64,000 nt of DNA from a virus, in IMG/VR virus record IMGVR_UViG_3300010373_000004, positions 19,777 to 83,776 of that record, one strand, 5' to 3'. The notes under the pieces were generated by a model that was not told where the DNA came from, searched no databases, and saw only the letters and a program-made list of their open reading frames with translations. A program made the position numbers and the translations under genes. Positions 44,924 to 54,389 of this stretch are shown piece after piece (positions within the stretch are counted from its first letter, which is position 1; each line of letters begins with the position of its first letter).

Positions 44924-46804
44924 ATGGTAGATGCGGCTAAGGCTATTCAAGATTTTATCTATACAAGAACTTATGCGCGTTGGGTTCCAGAACTAAACCG
45001 ACGCGAAACCTGGCCAGAAACTGTTAGCCGTTATGTTACTTGGCTTCTTAAAGACCAGCCGTTAAAGAAAGATTCCATTGAGGCTATACACACTTCCCTT
45101 TACAGTGCTATACTATCACAACATGTGGTTCCTTCAATGCGTGCCATTTGGAGTGCTGGTAGGGCGGCAGACAAAGACAATACAGCCATATATAATTGCT
45201 CTTTCCTTGTGCTGGATAGTATCACTTCCTTTAAAGAACTGTTCTATATCCTTATGTGTGGAACAGGTGTAGGTTTTAGCTGTGAAGAACAGTATGTTTC
45301 TAAACTGCCAAGACTAGCTCCGCGTGACTGCTATCCCATTCCAGCCTACTACCAAATACCAGATACGCGAGAAGGTTGGTCAGATGCACTAGACTTTGTA
45401 TTAACCAATGAGTTCCTGGGACGACCTTACAGCGTTGATTATTCACAAATTCGTCCAGCAGGACAGAGACTGAATACGTTTGGTGGTTATTCAAGTGGTC
45501 CCGAGCCGCTTATTAAACTGCTTAGTAACATTCATGTTTTGTTTGATAACAAGCGCAATTTCAATGAGTTAACTATTACTCCACTTGAAGCACATGATAT
45601 AGCATGTATGGTTGCAGAGGCTGTTGTGGTTGGTGGTGTTCGACGGTCATCACTTATATCACTGTCAGACTTAGATAATAATGAGTTAAAGAATGCAAAG
45701 CACTGGCCATTTCCGCAGTATCGTGGAATGTCAAACAACTCCGCAGTATTTACTGGTACAGAAACCTATCAAGATTTTCAGTCTGAGTGGGACAACTTGG
45801 TCCAGTCAGGTACAGGCGAACGCGGGATTTTCAATCGATCAACTGCGTTTAGAAAATCTGGTCGATTCTTTGCGGATAGCATTGGTGTTAACCCTTGCGC
45901 AGAGATTATTTTGCGTGGCAATCAGTTTTGCAACCTTTCGGAAGCCGTATGTCGTTCCTACGATACAGCGGAAGGCATAAGAAGAAAGGTAGAACTAGCG
46001 ACAGTTATCGGTATTTTGCAGGCAAACAAGACATACTTTCCATATCTACGTAAGTCTTGGCAAGATAATTGTGAAGAAGAACGATTACTTGGTGTAAGTA
46101 TAACAGGTCAATATGATAATATTGATTTGTTCACTCCAGAGAATCTTGATTACTGGAGACGCTCTGCTGAATTAATTGCATGCAACTATGCAAATCAAAT
46201 GGGCATCAATACACCAACAGCAATCACATGTACTAAACCATCAGGAACAGTAAGTCAACTTGTTGATGCTTCGTCAGGCGCTCATCCACGTTATGCAGAA
46301 CACTATATTAGACGCTATCGTATCAGCGATAATGACCCTCTGCTTGCTCTTATGCGCGATAGCGGGTTTAATATTATTGTTGATAACGTTTCTGCTGATA
46401 CTAGTGTTGTCGAGTTTCCTATGGCCTCCCCTAGGGGCGCTGTTACTCGTCACGATATTTCTAGTTTTGATCAATTTAGACATTATATAAAGATGCAGCA
46501 ATATTGGGCAGAACATAATACGTCTATGACAATTTATGTCTCTCCTGATGAATGGGAACAGCTTGGTCATGAAGTATGGAAACATAGAAATGATGTTGTT
46601 GCTGTATCATTTTTGCCCAAAGAGGATGAAAACCATCATTACGAATTAGCTCCTTATGAAGAAATTAGTTATTCTCAGTATAATCTGATGCTTGACAAAC
46701 TTCCGCAGATCGATTATACTGAGTTGACGAAGTACGAACAAACAGACCATACGATAGGTGAACGAGAGTTTGCGTGTATAGGTGATAGGTGCGAAATTGC
46801 CTAG
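44924..46804 (+). CDS. nrdJ: Class II (B12-dependent) ribonucleotide reductase
   Basis: RTYARW, RRETW, YNCSF, GTGVGFS, GGVRRS, NPCAEI, FCNLSE, KPSGT, C-terminal CIGDRC. Confidence 0.93.
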   Translation: MVDAAKAIQDFIYTRTYARWVPELNRRETWPETVSRYVTWLLKDQPLKKDSIEAIHTSLYSAILSQHVVPSMRAIWSAGRAADKDNTAIYNCSFLVLDSITSFKELFYILMCGTGVGFSCEEQYVSKLPRLAPRDCYPIPAYYQIPDTREGWSDALDFVLTNEFLGRPYSVDYSQIRPAGQRLNTFGGYSSGPEPLIKLLSNIHVLFDNKRNFNELTITPLEAHDIACMVAEAVVVGGVRRSSLISLSDLDNNELKNAKHWPFPQYRGMSNNSAVFTGTETYQDFQSEWDNLVQSGTGERGIFNRSTAFRKSGRFFADSIGVNPCAEIILRGNQFCNLSEAVCRSYDTAEGIRRKVELATVIGILQANKTYFPYLRKSWQDNCEEERLLGVSITGQYDNIDLFTPENLDYWRRSAELIACNYANQMGINTPTAITCTKPSGTVSQLVDASSGAHPRYAEHYIRRYRISDNDPLLALMRDSGFNIIVDNVSADTSVVEFPMASPRGAVTRHDISSFDQFRHYIKMQQYWAEHNTSMTIYVSPDEWEQLGHEVWKHRNDVVAVSFLPKEDENHHYELAPYEEISYSQYNLMLDKLPQIDYTELTKYEQTDHTIGEREFACIGDRCEIA

Positions 46805-47051
46805 TCTTAACATTGAGACTGCTTGTGAACTGCTCCACTTAACTCGTCGTCAGTTAATGCGTCGTATAGAAAAGGGTGAACTACCAAGACCTGTGAAGGA
46901 TGGTCGTGACTATAAGATCACCGCCCAATGGCTTGACGCCGCTATGGCTAAACGAGAAGTAGAGTTGATTGAACAAGCACATTTAGAGAAACTAAGAAAA
47001 CGATCTGCCTTAATGCTGGAACGAGCAGAGGCAGCAGCTAATGAGGATTAG
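46782..47051 (+). CDS. Excisionase-like HTH protein
   Basis: ACELL.LTRR.L.RRIEKGELP...K.GR.Y. Confidence 0.75.
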   Translation: MIGAKLPSLNIETACELLHLTRRQLMRRIEKGELPRPVKDGRDYKITAQWLDAAMAKREVELIEQAHLEKLRKRSALMLERAEAAANED

Positions 47052-47331
47052 AATGGAACAGGAACTGCAAGAGTTCTTTGAGAAGATTGAGTCAGAACGT
47101 ACATACCAGCAAGAGAAGTGGGGCAACGAATTCGACAAGAAGAATACACCTAATGACTGGATTGCTTACATTGCGCAGTATGCTGGTAAAGGTGTAACCC
47201 TTCCTTTTGACGAAGAACAGTTTAAGACTGCTCTCATTAAGGTAGCGACATTGTGCGCTGCTGCTTGGTGTCGTGAAGAATACGCGCCTCGCCATTACGA
47301 TAGAATTGATATGGTTGATATTACAAATTAA
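47041..47331 (+). CDS. Small MazG-like all-alpha pyrophosphatase
   Basis: ER.YQ.EKWG...W..YI...LIKVA.L..AA. Confidence 0.6.
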   Translation: MRIRMEQELQEFFEKIESERTYQQEKWGNEFDKKNTPNDWIAYIAQYAGKGVTLPFDEEQFKTALIKVATLCAAAWCREEYAPRHYDRIDMVDITN

Positions 47332-48104
47332 TGTCTGTACTCGATGATGAGCTAAAATCTCTAGGCATAGACCTAGTAGACCTAGAAGATTTAGCAGCTA
47401 CACAAACCGTCGTTGGGGTCTTATATGGCCCCTTCGGCGGTGGAAAAACAAGAAGCTTTGATACACTTCCAGAAAAATCTGGACTCTATCTTAACGTAGA
47501 GAACGGTGAACGATCAGTCGTAGGATCAAAGGCTGGTAAGAAGATTCAGATATCTTCTATTGCACAGCTTGCAAAAGTTCTCGTGGCCTTGAAGAAAGAC
47601 ATATCTAACGGTGAAAATACCTTTCCATATCTATTTATTGACTCAGCTACAGACTTATACAAACGAGAGATTGCAGCGCAAAGTAAAGCGAGTGCGGCTG
47701 ATCCAACTAACAACCAACAAGACCCGGACGTCCCTTCGCCTAGAGACTACATGAAGGTTTCTAAGAGAGTTGATAGAGTTATTAACTATGCGAAAGATAT
47801 GCCGCTCACAGTTATATTTACGGCTGCTGAACAACTTATTCAAGACGATAATTCAATCGCACGCATTGCTCCTGCCATGTCTCCTGCTGTACGCGATAGT
47901 TTCATTATGTATAGCGATTTTGTTTTATACTTATCTTCCCAATCAGATGGAAAGAGGGTCATGTTAACACAGCAGACTGGTAAATACATTGCAAAGTGCA
48001 GGATGCCAGTCGGTAAGTCGATTCCTCCGAAGATTCTCAATCCCAACCTGTACGATGTGATTAAAGCTATTCGTGGTGAAGAAATCAAATTCGAAACCCC
48101 TTAG
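47331..48104 (+). CDS. Sak4-like AAA recombination protein
   Basis: YGPFGGGKT, FIDS.T, VIFTA, AKCR. Confidence 0.85.
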   Translation: MSVLDDELKSLGIDLVDLEDLAATQTVVGVLYGPFGGGKTRSFDTLPEKSGLYLNVENGERSVVGSKAGKKIQISSIAQLAKVLVALKKDISNGENTFPYLFIDSATDLYKREIAAQSKASAADPTNNQQDPDVPSPRDYMKVSKRVDRVINYAKDMPLTVIFTAAEQLIQDDNSIARIAPAMSPAVRDSFIMYSDFVLYLSSQSDGKRVMLTQQTGKYIAKCRMPVGKSIPPKILNPNLYDVIKAIRGEEIKFETP

Positions 48105-48278
48105 CTCTATTATTCGTTTCTACCCTCCAAATGGAGCGCATGTAGGATTCCAAGTATCAATAGATAGACCTGGAGAACTTATAGTATTTACAGATAAACA
48201 TTACATGCTGTACCTCAGCGAAGAACAAACACAAGAACTTAAAAATTTTCTAAACTTTTTCTATACATAGGACTTAAC

Positions 48279-48806
48279 ATGGCAACTGCCCTTCCCGATA
48301 TGAATCTTGACCTGGAAAATACTGACGATTTAAACAAGTCATTCGCTCCAGTCAAGAACGGAAACTACACCCTCACGATCACTAAGGCTCCTACGGCTAA
48401 GCTTTCTCAACCATCGCCAAAGAATCCTGACGGTGCATGGATGCTAATGCTCGAATACGCAGTAGACAATCCAGAAACTGGCAATACACAGAAGATTTGG
48501 GACAATCTTGTTTTTACACAGAAGTCTCTTTTCAAGGTTCGCCAGTGGCTTCTATCTCTAGGCTTTGAAGGAAACATGAATGCTAGCGCACTGCTAGAGG
48601 ATGATTTCCGTGAGAGTCTTGTAGGTAGAGAAGTTACAGCCGATGTTGTGATTAAGGCTCAGGAATATCCAGCAGGTAGCAAGAACTACGTTCAGAAGAA
48701 TGTCGTTGCTTCCTATACATCTGATGAAGTTCCTTCCAGAAACACAGCAAGTTCTGCTTCTTCCAGCGAAGCTAGCTCAGGCGACTTAGACGACATTCCG
48801 TTCTAA
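48279..48806 (+). CDS. ssb: Single-stranded DNA-binding protein (DUF669-like)
   Basis: F.PV..G.Y, OB-like core, DDIPF C-terminus. Confidence 0.85.
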   Translation: MATALPDMNLDLENTDDLNKSFAPVKNGNYTLTITKAPTAKLSQPSPKNPDGAWMLMLEYAVDNPETGNTQKIWDNLVFTQKSLFKVRQWLLSLGFEGNMNASALLEDDFRESLVGREVTADVVIKAQEYPAGSKNYVQKNVVASYTSDEVPSRNTASSASSSEASSGDLDDIPF

Positions 48807-48815
48807 ACCCTCTTA

Positions 48816-48869
48816 CGGTCAATAAAGCCAGGCTCCCTTTTATGGGGTCTGGCTTTATTAATTTGACCG
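48816..48869 (+). terminator. Rho-independent terminator-like hairpin
   Basis: aataaagccaggctcc/ggggtctggctttatt. Confidence 0.7.
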
Positions 48870-48889
48870 AAATTATAAGAAACTAGATA

Positions 48890-51151
48890 ATGCGGTATTT
48901 ATACAGTCCAGAAGATTACTACAAAATCCATGCGCCAAAAACGCTGGAACTTAAAAATCAAGACCAAAATAACTGGAGTGCTGATTGTCCTTTTTGTGGT
49001 AAGGAAGGGAAGTTTTACATTCATAAGACTGGTGGATTCTACCAGTGTTTCGTATGTAAAGAAAAAGGTAGTATCGTCAAGTACCATGCACATTTTGGTG
49101 GCGTATCTGAGGCTGACGCATATACACTTCTATCAGATGATAACGAAGTTTCATTAGCTAAAGAGCCACGAATATCTGACGATCTTATCGACACACTTCA
49201 TGATAAGCTACTTAAATCTGAACTTGCTAAAGATGCCATAAGAAAAGGCTGGGGATTTAGCAACGAAGCAATTGACCACTTTAAACTTGGCTTAAAGGAT
49301 GGTTACTGCTGCTTCCCTATATACAATAAGCAAGGCGAGTGTGTAAACATTCGCATGAAAAAGATATGGCCTCAACCAGGCGATAAGTATAAATACAGAA
49401 ATTATACTGATGACGACAAAGAAGTTAAGTATAGTAAACCAAGACTATATCCTTATGATGTGGTTCTCACTGAACAAGAGGTCTTTCTTGTGGCTGGAGA
49501 GAAGGATATGGTTTCAACATGGTCCCAGGGAATTTTCAACGTCATTACGACTACGCATGGTGAAGGGACATTCCCTGCAAGTTTTGCGTTCGATCTTGCC
49601 GGTAAGAAAGTCCACATCGTTTATGATATTGATAATACCGGTATAATAGATACCAAGAAGGTATACGACGAATTAAAGCACATTGCTGATGTTGATGTTG
49701 TAACCCTTCCAAAGATGGAGCCCTATCCAGATGGTAAGGCTCGCAAAGATTTAACTGACTTTTGGCTTTTAGGAAATACAAAGGACGATTTAATTAATGT
49801 CCTTCGTAAAGTTAAAGTAGAGAAGCCAAAACAACTTGACCTAATAAGACGCGGTCCCGAAGAATTTACTTCGCTCATATCAACAGAAGAACTGCAATGG
49901 TTGTCTAAAAGTGAACCAACATTTATCGATCGGTATACTGATTATTTTTCTGGAAGGGTTAATAGCCCAAAGTCTTTTCATAGATTATGTAGTCTTTGGC
50001 TCATTTCTAACCTCATTGGCCGCAATTGTATCTCTATGGCTCACGGCTACGGGATTCTGCCTAATATTTGGGCAATGGTTATTGGACCATCCACAGGCGT
50101 TTCTAAGTCATCTACCTGCTTACAAGCCAGAACTTTACTTCTTAAAGTTGACAAAGACGCCATTGGAGCAACAAGCTTCACACCACAAGGATTATATAAG
50201 CGATTGTCCCAGCGTGAAGATGATATTGCAACAGCTATTTATATAGATGAAATAAGTTATTTTTTCGACCAGATCAAGAACTTAGATTTTATGGCTGGCG
50301 CGAGAGAACAACTTATCAAAGTCTTTAACTGTGAACCTATAGCATACGAAAAAGCAAAAGAAGATGTTACCATTAATCGTTCGTATACTACCTTATTGGG
50401 TAATGGGACTCCGACTGGACTTGCTGAGGTTCTTACAGATAACGATGTTACTAGAGGATTGTTACCACGCTTCTTGGTTTGCATTGAACGTAAGCAAATG
50501 GAGTTTCAACCAGAAGAAATTGACACTCCAATTGTGGAAACATTAGAATACTTTAAACTTCTAGATGAAGCAAAACATATTAGACATAAGTGGTCCACTC
50601 CTTGGAGAGTCCAACTTAAAAAAGAAATGATACTTAAAGCCAGAGAGGATGATCCAGATAAGGATAAGAATCAGTATGGCTTTTATATGAACAAGAAAGC
50701 ATTAGATAGGTATAATGAATTTCGACGAGTTACTGAGTATGGAGATTTTCCTAACGAACAGATTGCGATTGCTCACCAGCGTTTGCCAATGTTGTTACGT
50801 AAACTCTCGACAATATACGCCTCGATTGATCCTTATGTTAGAATTTTCGCAAATACTGCTGAGGTTAATCTGGAACACGTTTTGTTTGCTATTCGTGATT
50901 TGCAAACTTATCGTTCTTCGATGATTGAACTTATCAATAACGTAGGATTAACACCAATTGAGAAACTTGTTAATAAAACTATTGATCTTGTATATCGACG
51001 TCCTCGCATCACTAGAAGCGAAATCGCCAGAGAGCTACATGGCATTGGCAGTAAAGATGTTGATTTGGTTATCTCAACTTGTATTGATAGGCGTGTTATA
51101 CGTGCTAATAAGCTGCCTAATGGTAATTACGAATATTTGGTTGCAAGTTAA
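48890..51151 (+). CDS. Primase-helicase (Zn finger, TOPRIM, DUF3987-like P-loop)
   Basis: CPFC...CFVC, GEKD, YDID, KDLTD; GPSTGVSKSS, IDEI, GLLPRF. Confidence 0.88.
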   Translation: MRYLYSPEDYYKIHAPKTLELKNQDQNNWSADCPFCGKEGKFYIHKTGGFYQCFVCKEKGSIVKYHAHFGGVSEADAYTLLSDDNEVSLAKEPRISDDLIDTLHDKLLKSELAKDAIRKGWGFSNEAIDHFKLGLKDGYCCFPIYNKQGECVNIRMKKIWPQPGDKYKYRNYTDDDKEVKYSKPRLYPYDVVLTEQEVFLVAGEKDMVSTWSQGIFNVITTTHGEGTFPASFAFDLAGKKVHIVYDIDNTGIIDTKKVYDELKHIADVDVVTLPKMEPYPDGKARKDLTDFWLLGNTKDDLINVLRKVKVEKPKQLDLIRRGPEEFTSLISTEELQWLSKSEPTFIDRYTDYFSGRVNSPKSFHRLCSLWLISNLIGRNCISMAHGYGILPNIWAMVIGPSTGVSKSSTCLQARTLLLKVDKDAIGATSFTPQGLYKRLSQREDDIATAIYIDEISYFFDQIKNLDFMAGAREQLIKVFNCEPIAYEKAKEDVTINRSYTTLLGNGTPTGLAEVLTDNDVTRGLLPRFLVCIERKQMEFQPEEIDTPIVETLEYFKLLDEAKHIRHKWSTPWRVQLKKEMILKAREDDPDKDKNQYGFYMNKKALDRYNEFRRVTEYGDFPNEQIAIAHQRLPMLLRKLSTIYASIDPYVRIFANTAEVNLEHVLFAIRDLQTYRSSMIELINNVGLTPIEKLVNKTIDLVYRRPRITRSEIARELHGIGSKDVDLVISTCIDRRVIRANKLPNGNYEYLVAS

Positions 51152-51340
51152 TGAAGAAAATATATATTTGTGCGAGGGAGAAGGAGTTTATATCTGGAGA
51201 GGAAAACTTCCAACCAATCTCCAAGGCAGAACGTCTCCAGTTAAATCCTAAGTATATTCGACGACTCAAGGATTACATCAATAACCTTGAGCCGCCGTTT
51301 ATATTGATATCTCGTTCTCCATTTATGACTATTCTATTAG

Positions 51341-53260
51341 ATGCCGCTGGCTTTATATATGAGACCCTTTACTTATAGCACTGTAGCAGATGACGAAGAT
51401 GTAATAGCAACTTTTAAACAGGCACTTCGTGAAGGCTCAATTGGCTTCGACACTGAAACTAATTACAACGAATGGTGGAAGTGGTACGGAGCTAAATCAT
51501 ATAAGAACATCGCTGGCATATCTATTACTTTGTCAGACAAAGATGTGTATATCCCGCTCAACCATCAGCTATACATGCCAGAGGACCATAACGCCAATCT
51601 AGGCTTGGTCAAAGGCTGCCTCCGCCAGCTTGTGAAGGCCGGCACGCGGCTTATCGGCGGCAACCTGAAATATGACTGGCACGCCGTCTACCGAAGCCTA
51701 GACGTAGACCTTAGCGGGAATTGTTTTACCGACGTGCTGCTAGATTCACATATATGGCGAATAAACTCACTTCACTCAGTAAAACAGTTAGGTAAAGAAT
51801 ATGTTACAGATAATGCCGATCTCTATGAGAGACTTATTTATGCTTGGAAAAAAGAAGCCGGGTATAAAAAAGATATGTATGATTATCGTGTACTGCCCAT
51901 TGGGTTATGTACTCCTTACGCAGCTATGGATACTTACTTGGCTGTTGGTATTGACAGTTATCATAAGTCCAATGGTTTTGATAATCTTTTTGCTCAGTAT
52001 TCTGGTTATGAACATGATATGGCCCGCCATCTATTTCGTACTGAGGAAAATGGGATAAAGGTTGATATCCCGTATCTTGAAGAATTAAAAGAGCAGTACG
52101 AAAAAGAAATCACATTAACTGAAAATGTGATTAGAGTTCTCGCTGGACGAGCGGGTATGAATCCTTATTCAAATCCGCAGCTTATGGACGTTGTATATAA
52201 CGATTTAAAACTTCCTAAGCAAAAGAAGTTCGACAAAGAAAAGCAAGAGTGGAAAATCTCTCTTGACAAAATGGCTCTAATGATGCTTACTGGAAAGCAT
52301 CCAATTATAGAGCAGATACAAAAACTAAGAAAGATAACAAAACTTAAAGGTACTTATGTAGATGGCATCCTCAACAATTATAACCCGCATACATTTCGAA
52401 TGCACACTACATACAACCAATTTGTTGAAAACTCTGACAGTCTCCGGACTGGCCGATTGTCAAGTTCTGATCCGCTCAATTTCGAAAACATACCAAGAAA
52501 CGATACAGCAATTCGAAAAGCATTCTTACCAGATACAGAGTTCGTTTTCTGTGATTATGCCGGACAAGAAATTAGACTGTATACACACTATTCCAGGGAA
52601 CCTAAGCTCATGCGGGCTTTCGAAATGGGTGAAGATGTACATTCCCGCACTTGCGAGGCTGTATTTAGACTCGAATATGATTTCATCGCGGCGAACAGAA
52701 AAACTGATAAAGAGATTGAACTCAAAAGGGAAATTGCCAAAAGAATATTCTTCGGTGCGTTGTATGGTGCAAAGGGACGACGTGTCGCTGAAATCCTCGC
52801 GGAGTTTGGTTTTGGTTACGACATAAAAGAAGGCTCACGTTTAATTGATAACCTTTACACAAACTATCCACATTTTCCAAAGTACATGACAAGTATCGCT
52901 ACCAGAATTGCGGAAAGAGGATACGTAGAAGATGTACTTGGACGGCGCTATATTCCTAAGAATCCAGCAGTTGTATATCCAGTAGGTAACTATCTAATTC
53001 AAGGAACTGCTGGTGGAATGCTTAAAATTGATACTATAAACCTAGCTAAAACTTTTGGTTCATCTGTATTCTCAAACTTCATTCACGATGAAATTGTTTT
53101 TGATAGGTTAGAACGTCGGTCTGATATTATAGAAGTTAAACGAATCATGGAGGATTGGCCTCAGATAAAAGTTCCGATGATTGTTGAGTGTTCATACGCT
53201 CAGGGTTCTTGGGAACAAAAGAAAGAAATAAAAGATTTAGACGCATGGATAAAACAATAG
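51341..53260 (+). CDS. polA: Family A DNA polymerase with 3'-5' exonuclease
   Basis: FDTET, NLKYD, YAAMD; TGRLSSSDP, DYAGQEIR, AK..FFG.LYG, NYLIQGTA, HDEI. Confidence 0.95.
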   Translation: MPLALYMRPFTYSTVADDEDVIATFKQALREGSIGFDTETNYNEWWKWYGAKSYKNIAGISITLSDKDVYIPLNHQLYMPEDHNANLGLVKGCLRQLVKAGTRLIGGNLKYDWHAVYRSLDVDLSGNCFTDVLLDSHIWRINSLHSVKQLGKEYVTDNADLYERLIYAWKKEAGYKKDMYDYRVLPIGLCTPYAAMDTYLAVGIDSYHKSNGFDNLFAQYSGYEHDMARHLFRTEENGIKVDIPYLEELKEQYEKEITLTENVIRVLAGRAGMNPYSNPQLMDVVYNDLKLPKQKKFDKEKQEWKISLDKMALMMLTGKHPIIEQIQKLRKITKLKGTYVDGILNNYNPHTFRMHTTYNQFVENSDSLRTGRLSSSDPLNFENIPRNDTAIRKAFLPDTEFVFCDYAGQEIRLYTHYSREPKLMRAFEMGEDVHSRTCEAVFRLEYDFIAANRKTDKEIELKREIAKRIFFGALYGAKGRRVAEILAEFGFGYDIKEGSRLIDNLYTNYPHFPKYMTSIATRIAERGYVEDVLGRRYIPKNPAVVYPVGNYLIQGTAGGMLKIDTINLAKTFGSSVFSNFIHDEIVFDRLERRSDIIEVKRIMEDWPQIKVPMIVECSYAQGSWEQKKEIKDLDAWIKQ

Positions 53261-53396
53261 AATTCAAACAAGGACTTGCGCAAAACAAGTGGCATGTGGT
53301 ACGATCCAATAAGAACCCGAAGCGAATCATGTCATGGTGCGGTAAGGTTCTCACTGGAGAAAGTGAGATTCTAGACAACATGGAGAATAAGAATAT

Positions 53397-53702
53397 ATGT
53401 CACTACTGTGTAAGTATCTTACAAAAACAATCGCAGCAATCTGCCTGATATTTGTTACGTGTTACAATGATATCGGAAATATGGCAGACGGTGTACAAAC
53501 ATACTTCGGCGCCGTGGCTTGTCCAGCCTGGTTGCGCCTTGGTACTACAGTTAATATCGTCGGGCTTGGTAATTTTACTTGCCACGATAGGTATTCTTCA
53601 ACACTATCTGATCGTTTCGATATTGCCGTTCCTGGTGCTTCTTTGGATACTTGTTATAGCTATACCGGAGTATATGAATGGTCGATAGTAACGAACGGAT
53701 AA
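53397..53702 (+). CDS. 3D-domain (MltA-like) cell-wall protein
   Basis: MADG...GAVACP...LGT...CHDR....RFDI. Confidence 0.7.
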   Translation: MSLLCKYLTKTIAAICLIFVTCYNDIGNMADGVQTYFGAVACPAWLRLGTTVNIVGLGNFTCHDRYSSTLSDRFDIAVPGASLDTCYSYTGVYEWSIVTNG

Positions 53703-54205
53703 TCCTTGGTATTGACCCTGGAGAAATTCTAAATGGACTTGCAATTTTCAAAGCTACCAGCAGCATATGTACGCTTGTCGCTGGACGTAGACCTCCTACT
53801 GACAAGCTGGGAGAACTTATCGAAAGAATCGCAGACAAAGACCCTATCATCTGTTACGAGTTGTATAGAGTCTATAATTCAAAATTATCTGCCCATCGTT
53901 TTTCGAGAGTTAGAACCATTGAGTCCATCGGCATGCTTGAATATCTCATCAAGCGTTACGGACTCAAAAGTTATAAGTCTATGGCAGTAAACCATAAACT
54001 TAAAACCTCTCCAGTCACAAAAGATTTTATGCTGGCAGAAGGGTATTGGGGTCAGTATCCTACTAAAGACGCAGATCACATACGTGATGCTACGCGAGTA
54101 GGATTATACTGGTGGAAACACCAAGGAATTCTAAACAACGGAAAATACGTTGTTACTGATTGGGATAGGCAGGTGCTAGGTATTGGGACGAAAGCAACTT
54201 CTTAA
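53678..54205 (+). CDS. RuvC-like Holliday junction resolvase
   Basis: LGIDPG, CYE.Y, E.IG.L, H.RDA. Confidence 0.8.
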   Translation: MVDSNERIILGIDPGEILNGLAIFKATSSICTLVAGRRPPTDKLGELIERIADKDPIICYELYRVYNSKLSAHRFSRVRTIESIGMLEYLIKRYGLKSYKSMAVNHKLKTSPVTKDFMLAEGYWGQYPTKDADHIRDATRVGLYWWKHQGILNNGKYVVTDWDRQVLGIGTKATS

Positions 54206-54356
54206 CCTAGAACAACAAGAATTTATACGCCGCGTTTTACGTGCAGGTTTAGCGTCGCAAGACCAACTAGCACATAAGTACGGTGTTTCGCAAAGAGTCA
54301 TTTCTAGAATTGCAAGAAATATCTACAAAACGAAAAATACCCGAGATAGCACTTGA
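54183..54356 (+). CDS. Small HTH protein (below ORF-track cutoff)
   Basis: TTG start; SQDQLAHKYGVSQRVISRI. Confidence 0.65.
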   Translation: MGRKQLLNLEQQEFIRRVLRAGLASQDQLAHKYGVSQRVISRIARNIYKTKNTRDST

Positions 54357-54371
54357 CAGCCGTGGTATAAT
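54353..54371 (+). promoter_or_regulatory. Extended -10 promoter-like site with TTGACA only 7 bp upstream
   Basis: TTGACA-gccgTGg-TATAAT before the helicase. Confidence 0.55.
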
Positions 54372-54389
54372 AGATATATAGGTGGACAG

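Noticed and set aside
46782-47051. Excisionase as evidence of lysogeny
   Set aside because: No integrase, att site or repressor module in the window; such HTH proteins are common in lytic phages
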